Source: Welwitschia mirabilis (lineage: Eukaryota). From it: DNA of 49,366 nucleotides. Shown here in pieces: positions 26,657-38,004 of the stretch. A model generated the notes under the pieces. The model saw nothing but the letters and a program-made list of their open reading frames with translations, had not been told where the DNA came from and did no database searches. The stretch spans positions 28,827,931 to 28,877,296 of the forward strand of contig JBOZIK010000001.1 of the NCBI GenBank assembly GCA_051453625.1. Direction: 5' to 3'. Each line of letters begins with the position of its first letter. Positions within the stretch are counted from its first letter, which is position 1. A program made the translations under genes and the position numbers.

Positions 26657-29600
26657 CGACATTCATTGGTCAATTCACCCTATACTAAGCCTAATTGCAA
26701 TTTCCTATTTATAGCATTGATTACTTTTGAAGTTCAAATTTAGGCCACCAACATTAACACTCTTAAGTTTTCTTATTTTTGGATATCTAAAACTTCATTT
26801 TTATATCTAATATTTTGTATTACTTGTTTAATGACTTTTCTACAAGTGCAATCAAGATCATGAATATCAAATTGAGATCAAACTCTAATTATTTATGTGT
26901 TTTGTGTGATTTTTGTAAATTATTTATATATTTTTTAGTTCTCTTAGTTTTTATTTTTGTTATAATTTTTATTAAACAACTAAAAATGTTATGATTATTT
27001 TTATAGATTTCAAAAATTTAAGTTTTAGATGTTTCTAGGTTTCTATTAATGTTTTTCCTAATCCTACATTACAAAATTTAGAAAATGTAAATCTTTAAAC
27101 AAAAGCTAGCATCTATTTTATTAAACTTAAATCATAAGTTAGGCCCCACATACATTTCTAACATCTTATGATCTAAATTTATTTGCTTTTATAGTTCATA
27201 GAACTAGAAATAACCTAAAAAAATCATAAGAAATTTTATTAAACCAAAATGAACCCTAGGGGATCTTCTTTTTTTTTAACTCATACCAACTGCAACTCCT
27301 ACATCCTTTCAATAATAGATAAGCTTTTAAATAGTACCCTCAATCCTCTTCATACATAGATTAAACTCCTTATAACTTTTAATTTGAAAATCACTATCAT
27401 GAATTAAGAGAATTTAATCCCATGTTTTCATTTTATCCATCATGATCCTTATCCTTCACCATTATATTTACATTCATCATCCTTTAATCCATACCCTTCA
27501 TTACCATTCTCATATTCTTTATCATTTAATCAACACTTGTCAACTTCATATAATTAACAAATCACCTCACCTCCCCTTGAGGATACCTTTTAATGATTTT
27601 TATAAGGTAGTTTTGAATCTTCTTTCAAAATTTAACAAACTTCTTTAAATTACTTGGAAGATACCTTTATATGATTCATGGAAGCCTGAGAGAAAATCAA
27701 TCAAATACTTGAGTAAGTAAGCCTATGATTTGAGTAATATATCCAATAATCAATCCAAGTCACTACTCAAGTCTTTAATTTAATAGAAGAAGAAAACCTT
27801 CCTACATGCCATGAGTCCATAAGCTTATAAAACTACAAAGAGATTAGGAAAACTAAAATTAATAACATCTAAACCTTACTCCTTAAGAATTAAAAAGAAA
27901 ACTATGAAGAAATTAATGAAGATATCCAAGAGAACCTTGAGTTTATATGTTACTCAGAGAGTAAATGTTTACGTGAATGTAGACTATGCTTTGGAGTAGG
28001 ATTAAATACTTCAGACAACAATGATCAATCCATAGTAAGTAAGTAAACATTTGAGGAAGAAGAAAAATTTGAATGCTATACATCAAAGGATGAATCAAGG
28101 TGTGACATGAATAACAGTAGAATTAAACAAGTCATTGAAGCTCAATATTTATCACCTCTAAAACCTTGTGAGAAAGAATCCCTTAAAAACCTTAACAAAA
28201 TGGAGAACATTAACACAAAGCCTAAACATGATCCATCCCTTAAAAAATCATTTTCTTAATAACCCCTTGAACTAATCATCTCATTTTCATCTTGACCCTC
28301 TAAACAAGATTTAAACCTTAATGATGAAGATAAATACTTTACAACTTTTGTATCATTTTATGATAACATTTTTGATGATTAGTTACCTTCTCCAATGATT
28401 TCTATTTTTTTTTTATCTTCACTTAAATTTATGTCTTTCATGAATTATTAAGTAAGAAAGAATATGTTAAGAATTAGAAGACTTTTGATTTTGAACAAAT
28501 TAATTTTACTACTAGCATTAATGTTTTTACTAATTTTTTAGATTCATGTATAAATGTTTATAGGTATTCAATTACTTCTTTGAATGTTTTGTATAATTTT
28601 AATATATTATTTAAACCTTGCATTCATTACTATAAGCCTTCATATGTGTAATACCTTGAAAAATGCCTTGAAAATATTTTTTCTTCTTTGTATAATTCTA
28701 AGTTAAAATTTTCTTTTAGAGTAGACTTTCCTTTTAGAATAAATTTCGGATTGAAAAAATTAAAACTTATTAAATTTTGTATTTGATGCTCTTTCTCATT
28801 TAAAACCTTACAAGAACTTCCACCTATATAATCACCACCTTAAACATTTTCAGATAGGAAATCCTAAGTACAACCCACTCCACCGAATAAACCATCATCA
28901 CTTTCACTTTTATGTTCTACCACCCTTCAATTGGCTTCATCTAATAAAGTTCACTAACCACCCTTTCCTTTCATTTATCTATGCGTTATTAAGTTTACAT
29001 GATTCTAATTAATGCCCCTAAGAAAATAAACTAATAATAAGTGATTGCATTCTTATTATAAAATTTGATAGAATTTAAGTTTACTTCTAGTTTTTCATGA
29101 ATAAGTTTTTTTTTATTTTTAAGTTAAGTTATTAAGGTTTAGATTCATTTAAGGCCTTTTAATGGGAAAATCTACTTGAATTAAGATGAACCTACTTTGA
29201 AATTAATTTAATTATTTTACAAGCATTTTATGGGGATATGATTTATCTTAATTAGGCTAATAAGCCAATGACCCCTTATGTGCATAAAACCATATTCATA
29301 TAATAAGGATTATTAAAAAGAAAAAAAAAATATGTCTTTTCAAAAGAACATTATTTTATAATCAGTTAAACTTGGGTTAAGTTAACTACATTAGAACTAT
29401 AAACAGTAGCAGGTAGTGGGGCTTTAATGATTTAACTCATAACATGTTCAACTACATTAAGTTTATAAACTCTCGCTAGCAATGCGACACCTAGTCCTTT
29501 ATAAATTAACATGTTTAACTATATTATAAGAAGATTTTATAACACTGAATGTCTAATTATATAAAATTTCTTAAAACATGAAATAAGGCATAATTGTAGA

Positions 29601-32600
29601 AAAGGAAAATTGATATGAAAAAGGTAGAATTAGGAGATTCTTTTGTATTTACTTTTCCTTAACTTATGTACTTGAAAATTTTGCTCAATTAATTTTTAAT
29701 TATTTACATGTTTACTTAGAGAATATATTATTTGTATGATATTATAATTCTTTTAATTATAGAATAAAATACATAAAATTTCAATAGATGTCGCCATTAA
29801 TTTAGGTAGCCTATCTTTCTAATTTATAGATAATGAAATTTTTATTAGATTGCATGTTGTTTATTCCTTAAAAATTTACATTTTAGTATAGGCCTTACAT
29901 GTGTGGTTTTTTCTAAATACATTCATTAAGTAGTATCCTATTTAACATATTCTCTAAAGCATTACATAAACTTTGAAGATAAAGTTTAATTTTGGTTAAG
30001 GGGTGTGACACTTGCTTTTATAGATTTTTTTCTTGATTTTAATGCCTTAATCAATAAAGGTTGATCAAAATTTTTTACAAAATATCATATCATTTCCTTG
30101 CTTTCCATTTATGCTTAGTCAATTTTTCCATGATTCACCATTTATTTATTACCTTTTTGCTAAGATTCTAGAAAAATACTAGTTAGGACATGTATTTTCT
30201 TGTCAAAATTAACATTTTAAGCAATTATAATTGATTAATGTAGCATAAGAAAAAATACATAATTTATTAATTTATCATAACATGACGTCTTTTATTATTT
30301 TTAAAATAAAATTTAATATTATGTTCTTATCCATTATAATTGTAAGTCTTTAGTCATGTTTTGGAATACATGATGAAAGATAAACACAACTCAACATAAG
30401 ACAATTATCGTAATGGAGGCATAAGGAGGTGATACATAATAATAGCATGGAACGACATGTGGTAAACATATGTGGAAATGGCATTGGATACATGTGGTAG
30501 TAGCACTAGTTGGTAGAGAAATCCAACTTCAAAGGACATGTGTTGAACTCATCGTGATGAAGATTTCACTTAGTGCTATATGACAATCTTTATTAAATAC
30601 TAAATAACCTCTCCTAAATGATAAATGATGAAGATTATACCTAATGTTAAAAGACATAATCTTATCTACCTAATTATCTAGGAGAACATCTACTAAATGC
30701 TACAAGATAAAATCTTATCTACATAATGCTAAATGATGTCTTATCTACCTAATGCTATAAGCCAAGATCTTCTAACCACTTCTTACCCCCATCTCTCCCT
30801 ATAAAAAAGCCTTTAACCCTTTGTTATACTCATCTTTTGATTGACCTTTTATGGGAAATGCTTGGGGACTAGGACATAATGGCGATTTAACACTCTTTGT
30901 TAGTGGTGGAATGATCCATGGATAGTTAAGAAGTTCTTCTTCTCCTCCTCCTCCTATATTGATATAATATATATTGCAATTAAGTTTAATACAAGGATTG
31001 ATTTAAGCCTTTTAATTGTTAATACACAATTTTCATTGGGATTAGAAATTTTTAGGTAGGATAAGTTCTTAAAGTAGGTTTTATTATTTCATTGTTAATA
31101 CATAGTAAAATTATATTTACAATTAATTATCAAGTTCTTTTGGACTGTGTGAGGTATTTAACATACTTTTATGATTTATAGTTTATATTATTTAATGCAT
31201 CTTATGCACTTAGATTAATACTTTTTATGCTTATAAAGGGTTTTGTATATTGAATGAACTTAGTAACTTACTAAGACTTATGTGGTGGATGAAATTATGC
31301 CTTTACATTGAGAATTAATAACTTGATCATTGTAAATGTGTTTTAAGATACAAGAACCTTTGGAGCAAAGGAGGAGAGTTGGATGAATTCTGGATCCTTG
31401 GAGCACTCAGTTCCCTTACTTTATTAATTAAAGATTACTTTCTCTTTCTCAAACTTTGATCTTTATTTTTTTTAATTTTTAATTATAAGTTAGAATAATC
31501 ATGTATATTTTGATTACTTTACCTCGTACATCCTTGTGGAAGAATTATACTAAGTGTTTTATTAGTTTAAATCTAAACATTACCTTATAATTAATAATAA
31601 TAAATAGATTAATAAAGATAGAAATGAGGTTTATACTAATAGTTATCTAACCTATCAGTTGGACAATACTCTATAGAATGATAATCATTAGAGTAGCTAA
31701 ATCACATCATGAATATAAACATAGAAGCTGATAAAGTATACCATCAAATTTAACAACTTTAAAAAAGATAACAATGTGTTAATTAAGTCAAAAGCCATCA
31801 TCAAGTTTTGGTAAATACTCAATATTTATTAGTAGACTTGAAATAGGTGGAGAAGGTTTAGTTTTAGTAAGAAAAATCTTCATATGCCAAAAAAAAGACT
31901 AAGTATAACATACAAAAGTAGAGATGATTAAAGATGATCTAACATCTACCTGCTCATCTGGACGACCTCTAGGATGACTAGAAAGACCAGGAGAAATAGA
32001 ACTTACAAATCAACAACTAATAGTCATCAATCTAGTTGTTCAGAAAATACCCTATATGATACCAAAAGCATGAAACTCAACCGTCAACATCAAGATATAT
32101 GAAGGACAAGAAACCATTAAGATAAGAGATCAACTATCATGTACTATATAATTTGGATGACACCTAAGTGAATGATAGCTATAGTAAATATAAAACAAAA
32201 TATATTGGTTATGAAATCATTGATATAATTGTCTCTAGTCCATTACAACTCTACAATGATTCTAATCATTATTTCATATTCATAAATACTCTCATTAAAT
32301 CCCTTATTTTTCATGTTTGTAGTATTAATTAGTATTGTGATGATCTAAGAACAATTGAATAAGGAATCCATCTTACCTATAAAGAAGGACATTTATTAGT
32401 ATTAGGCTATGTATTATTCATGGAGGAGCACTTACATTATAAGGGGATATGGACATTTTAATTAATAACGTATTGATTAAAATGTCCTTTCAAATTACTT
32501 TCTAATCTTTATTATAGTTTATGTTATTTTCAATTAAGTGATAGTCTTTGTAATTTATATAGATTATGAGGACCAACTTGAGTAATAATAAGGTAATGCA

Positions 32601-32896
32601 CTTGATTAGGATTTGCATTTAGGCTTTATTCATCTTTGCATCTTGCATTTATTTATTGCATCATTGCAGTTTTGTTAATTTATCATTCTAATTCTTAGAT
32701 AAGAAATTATTTTGGTTTCTTTCTTTTTGATTAAAACAATCTTATAACTTTGAATTTAAAATTCCTCTCTAGAATATGGGATTAACTCCTATATACTATT
32801 GTGTTTCATATAAGTTTATTGATAATTATATGTATTAAGGCTAAAGGATTTCTTGAAAGAAAATACAAAATGGATTATACAATTTGCACTCCAACA

Positions 32897-34550
32897 ACCA
32901 TCATAAAAATAATATGATACATGTGGTACAAATAATTTCTTCATTTATTTATATGAATGTAACATATTATAATAACTATATATCTTTAAAATATCCTCTT
33001 TTCTAATGGTATAAATAGACATCTACCAATAAAAAGCTTATCTAATGGAGTAATCTCATATAATTAGTTGAAGAGTTTTAAAAGTAAATTTATTTTGGTA
33101 CATCTCATAACCATAAAACAACTTATAGAACAAAATAAAAGTCTATTTTATTATTGGTTATTAAAATTCCTAGTAATTCTGGGTTTAGAGATATTATTTT
33201 TGATGAACAATAAAAATTAATAATATTATTCCATCCACATCCTTTAATGATCTAATTATGAAAAAGGAGGTCATATATATATCTATATTTAAACCCTCAT
33301 ATGAAATTCTTAAGGAATATACACAACAACAATTTAATGAATTTGATAAAGATGAAGTCATAATAAAAAATCTAAATGAATCATAAATATTAATATCAAA
33401 TGCTAAATTTATGAAAATTGATCATGGTAATGATGAAAAGCAAGTTTATCCTATCTAATATGATGATAATATATTTAAAAAAAGTCTCAAATCATGAAAT
33501 ACATATGCTATTGTAGACAAGAAAAGTTTGTAATTCATGACATGAAGATGAAAGAAGTATTGTAAAAGAAAAGTCAAATTAAACCTTAGATAGTAAACAA
33601 GAATTTATTCCTATTAACAAGAAAAAAAATGACATAGATTTAGTTGATGTGAAATAATCTATTAAAAATCTAAAATAAAAGGTACAAATATAGAAAGAAG
33701 ATGAAATTCTCATTAATAATTAAACTTGAAATATATTAAAAGTGACAAAGAAGATAATTTAAATGTAATGGTTGCTTCATTTTAAATATAATTGAGATGA
33801 TACATCTAATAACATAAGCTTCATTTTAAACGGCTTTGTCTAAAAGAAAAGAATTATCTATAAGTAAAAAATTTCATTCTTAGAAAAATCTTTTGTTATA
33901 TGAATAGTTCTTTCATTGCTAATATAATATAATTACAAGTTATCTTAGCATAATATCAGATTTACATTCATAAATGAAGATCTTATAGAATAAATATACA
34001 TAAGTCAAGATAAAGTCTTTAAAATAAATAACAAAATTTAAAATTTTATAAGTAAAAACTACATTTATGGTTTAAAACAAACTCTTAAAATATGATTTAA
34101 AAAGATTTATTAATTTCTCAAAGATATAGGTTTAAAGAATTCACTAGTAAATATAAAACTATATCTAAAATTAGAAGGAAAATATGAAATATCTATAATA
34201 TTATTAGTTGATGTGGATAATATAATATTAATAGGGAAGAAAAAAACAAACATTAAGAAAGCTAGGAATTCTCTTAATCAAAAACTTAAAATATTAGAAC
34301 TTAGAAATATTAAGTATTTTTTTACAATTTCAAATATTAAAGAATGATGAAATAATCAAAATGTTTTAAGAACAATAGGTTAAATAAATAACTAATGGAC
34401 ATGACTTGAAGAAATTTTAATAATAGAACAACCAAATATAAATAGCTATAGAGAAAGCCTAATGAAATAGTTTAAAAATCTGACATAACAAAATTTTAGA
34501 ATTTAATTGAAAAAAAATATATTTGATAAACATAATGTTATAGCCCAATC
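32897..34550 (+). pseudogene. Ty1/copia integrase C-terminus and RT remnant (3' half of the split copia element)
   Basis: Continues the integrase frame broken at 15410. RT motifs FTFINEDLIE*IYISQ (cf. AFLNGxLxExIYxxQP, ~33961), IYGLKQTLKI* (cf. LYGLKQAPRxW, ~34063), LLVDVDNI (cf. LxYVDDI, ~34201). Confidence 0.88.
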
Positions 34551-36250
34551 TTAAATTACCATTAAGAAGCAAAAAATTTCCTTTTTATGAAATTACATGA
34601 TTATTCATCATAGTGGATCAATTAGGAAATGACTAAGAGACCTATCTTACAATTACCTATAGGATACACCTCAGTAGAGCTATATGATGATAGCTCACCT
34701 GAACAATCCCTCATTCAAGGTAGAGATTGTTAAATAGTTACATAATAGGATTTACTTAGATCTAATTATTAAGATATCAATTAGAACATAGAATAAAGTT
34801 ATAAAGTCATTTGAATGGTTTGTTACATTAATAGCTAAGTAACCACACCTATGTATCCTTATTCAAAGGAGTTTAGATCATATGTAGTTTCATCTTGGAC
34901 CTTGTTTTTGTCTATACCAATATACATGATCATATAAAAGATTAATGTGGTCCATATTAGTGGGCATGGAGTAATTATATGTATGAAATAATGCAAAAAT
35001 AATCAACAACTCAATATTTTACTCAATCAAAAAAATAGTGTAATGCTAAAATGAAATGAAATTACATCAAAAAAATATCACACACATGTATACATACACA
35101 TGCATAATAGCTATATGTAAAAATAAAGAAGGCAGTCAATCAAGAAGTCTCAAGGTCATAATATCCATTACTAATAAGAAATTCTAAAGCATCATTAATG
35201 CCATATATTAACATTAATAAGTATGGATATCAAAATGTATATAGTAAATTTCCTAGTCAATTTAGTAACCTCAAACCAATTGGAGGAAAGTATCATAATA
35301 GAATAAACAATATAGTAAATTCACAGCTTCTCCTTTTATAATGCAACATAATGAATCTAATAACATAGGATGCCATAAGAAACTAGCCTATCTGCCACTA
35401 ATTAAATCACTAGTCTCAATTAAACTTGGTAAAATAGAAATTAAATATAAAGAAAATTAATTACATGCTTAACTGGTTTAATAAGCATCATAAAATGATC
35501 AATAATACTATACTATTTTATACATAAGATATCAGCTAGATACTTGAGAACTTTCATTTATATGTATTGACATATAAGAAAACACATTTAAGAATAGATA
35601 CCGGAAATGCATTAAGGCATACTAGAAGTAACCATGCTTATTAAGAACTATGCTAAACCTACATTATTATATAACTATAATAAGCAAAACATAACTACAT
35701 TAAATCACACTAGAAGCAAACATGATTATTAGTAAATACATCAAACCGCATCTAAATTAAATATAAATCAATTCCTAGAAGTAGCTAAGAGTAAGAAGGA
35801 ATTTTATTAGAATCATATAATAGCAACATTAAGCTTAATAAATACTTTTCTAGATACTTCATAAGTTATGTAATTAAGAAATTATAAAAATGAGAATAAC
35901 ATAATGACCAACATTAATACTATTATAGGTCATTATTATAATCTTGTTTTATCTCTAAATTATTTGCCCAATTAATGAGTGGCTAAAATACAAACTACAT
36001 CAAGGATGTATTATAATAAAATATAAGTGGTGGTGTTACCAATAAATATTAAAGAAGCTTTTATTTTAATAAAATAAATAATCAATTTTTAAAACCTTAA
36101 TGTAATCTCAAAATTTTAGGGCTAAGAGCTTATTCTAAATACTAAAGTTAAGATTTGGCTCAAAGGAATACTCATTTTATAAAGGTTGTTTAGGTCGTAA
36201 GATATAAGAGTTCTACATTTACTTCAATTTTTGTAATATTTTCTAACCTC
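34550..36250 (-). mobile_element. Non-coding LTR-retrotransposon remnant, possibly Ogre/Tat LTR or UTR
   Basis: Minus-strand AAACTACATATGATCTAAACTCC...AAGGATACATAGG (34848-34890) resembles a GAACTACG...CTGA...GATACGTAGG motif I recall from Ogre/Tat elements. Boundaries are guesses. Confidence 0.35.
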
Positions 36251-36445
36251 AATTTCTATTATTAAAATTTATCTCTTATAGTGGTTATTACCATTACATG
36301 TCTTCTTATAAAATAAGAAAGGTAAATATCTATCATGCTAGTATGTTAGATTTTAACCCATTTAATTCTAAATCCTTACTTTATATCTTTAATTTATCTC
36401 TCCCTTTTAAATGCAAAGCCCTACTTGTTTGTGATAGTTAATTAG

Positions 36446-36840
36446 CAAGCCTTTTTAAAAACACACCTAGGGTAGGTTGTAAAATAAAAAGATCCTAAAA
36501 ATAAATTACATTTATTTCCTTCTCTCAATTAATCTTTTCTTATATAAAGCTACATTAGGATTAAAAACCTTAGACTTTCATTGGAATTTAACAACACACC
36601 TCCCTGCCCCTCCACCCCCTCCCCCACTTCCCACACACAACATGTATAGTAAATTAAATTTACAAGCATTTTTGAAAACACACCTAGGATAGGTTTTAAA
36701 ATAAGAAAACCTTAAAAAAATTACATATAATTCCTTCTCTTAATACATCCTCCCTTATATAATGCTACATTAGAATTAAAACCTTAGACCTTCATTGAAA
36801 TTTAACACCCCCGAACATGTACATTAAAGTAAATTTATAA
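36446..36840 (+). repeat. Diverged tandem duplication, period ~217 bp
   Basis: CAAGC..TTTT.AAAACACACCTAGG.TAGGTT...AAAACCTTAGAC.TTCATTG.AATTTAACA occurs at ~36446 and ~36663. Confidence 0.9.
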
Positions 36841-38004
36841 CTTCATGAAGTCAAATATCTTATAAAGATAATGAACTAGTATAAGAAAATTAAAGTAAAA
36901 AAGTAAATAATAAATGATTAAAGCCCTACTTCCCTTCAAAAGAACTAAAAGTAATCATAGAATTATACTTTTGAGTAAATTTTTATGAATGGTATGTTTT
37001 GAAAATAAGATTAAAGTTAAAATCAGAGTAAATGTGCAATGGGGTGCACACCTCACATGCATGGATTTCATTATGTTGACACATCTCATCGACTAATGTG
37101 AACTGAAGTAAATGTAAATTGTTATGATTTACTAGTAATCAAACTTATTGATAACATTTCATTTATTCTTGAGAAGCCTATTTGGTTTAAAATGTTAATA
37201 GCTCTCTTCCAAATAAGAGTTTATTAGATATGTTGTAAAATAATCTTTGATAAAATATGAAACTTGTATCCTCCATAAATAAGAAGACTACAAATTATGT
37301 TTATAATAAAAGTATTTTGTTAGTTATTAAATGTATTAGCATTTTCAAAAATTAGGTTTAATGGTAAAATTACAAAGAATAATGGATATTTAAAAGAATT
37401 GGACATTTAAAACATGTCCTACAATAATTTTAGCAATAAAATTCCTACTTTAGTAGGAAACATAAGACTTCTTAATAAACTAATCTCTTAAGACATGAAC
37501 TTGAGGAAAAAATTCCTGCAGAAATAATAACTTTCAGTAGTATGAGAGCATTTAATATTTTAAAAAGTAAGCTATTAGTACCAATACCTCAATCTAAATA
37601 GTTTTTCTCTTTTCACCCTTTTTAATTTCAAAATAATCTAAGGCTTTGTGACCTTTAAATTAACATATCTTCTCTTGTAGACAAGACCATCACGACAAAA
37701 AACATAATAGAGAGTGACAAAGCTTCTTGATCTTTCATAAGAATTCATTAATTCCTTTATACCAATAACCAAAAACCAAAATTTTAAGTAAATTATTCCT
37801 TTCAAATTTGCAAGAGTACTTTCTAATTTGAAATTTGTTTGGAAACATGCTTCTTTGCTTTGAGTTTTCCACAAATACGAGTCTTATGAGGCAAAGGAAA
37901 TGAGTGTATAAATAGTTATTACAATTATTAATGATATATTATGAGTAATAAGATTGCTATAACTAATAATTATTTCAAAAATAATCTTTTGGAATCATTA
38001 TAGA

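Larger units (their letters stand above)
24734..31596 (+). mobile_element. Non-autonomous (LARD-like) Athila-related LTR element B
   Basis: LTRs 24734-26076 and 30193-31596. Perfect TSD ATAAT (24729-24733 / 31597-31601). Decayed PBS TGATACCATTACCAGAA at 26082. PPT-like AGTTAGGACATG before the 3' LTR. No RT/RH/IN motif seen in the 4.1 kb interior. Confidence 0.88.
15411..32896 (+). mobile_element. Athila-like Ty3/gypsy LTR retrotransposon (element A), both LTRs present, degenerate
   Basis: TG...CA LTR pair, TSD tccat (15406-15410) / accat (32897-32901), decayed tRNA-Asp-type PBS, Athila-type gag-pol. The host copia integrase frame rejoins when A is removed. Confidence 0.9.
24452..32896 (+). 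repeat. 3' LTR of element A (24452-24733 plus 31602-32896), interrupted by element B
   Basis: Homology to the 5' LTR on both sides of the insertion. Purine-rich AGTAAGGAGCAA precedes 24452. Ends CTCCAACA. Confidence 0.9.

Noticed and set aside
27442..27648. His-rich 68-aa ORF
   Set aside because: Low-complexity C/A/T-rich tract inside element B; at most a gag relic, with no evidence of function.
37638..37874. 78-aa minus-strand ORF as an exon
   Set aside because: No recognisable domain and no consistent donor/acceptor pair.
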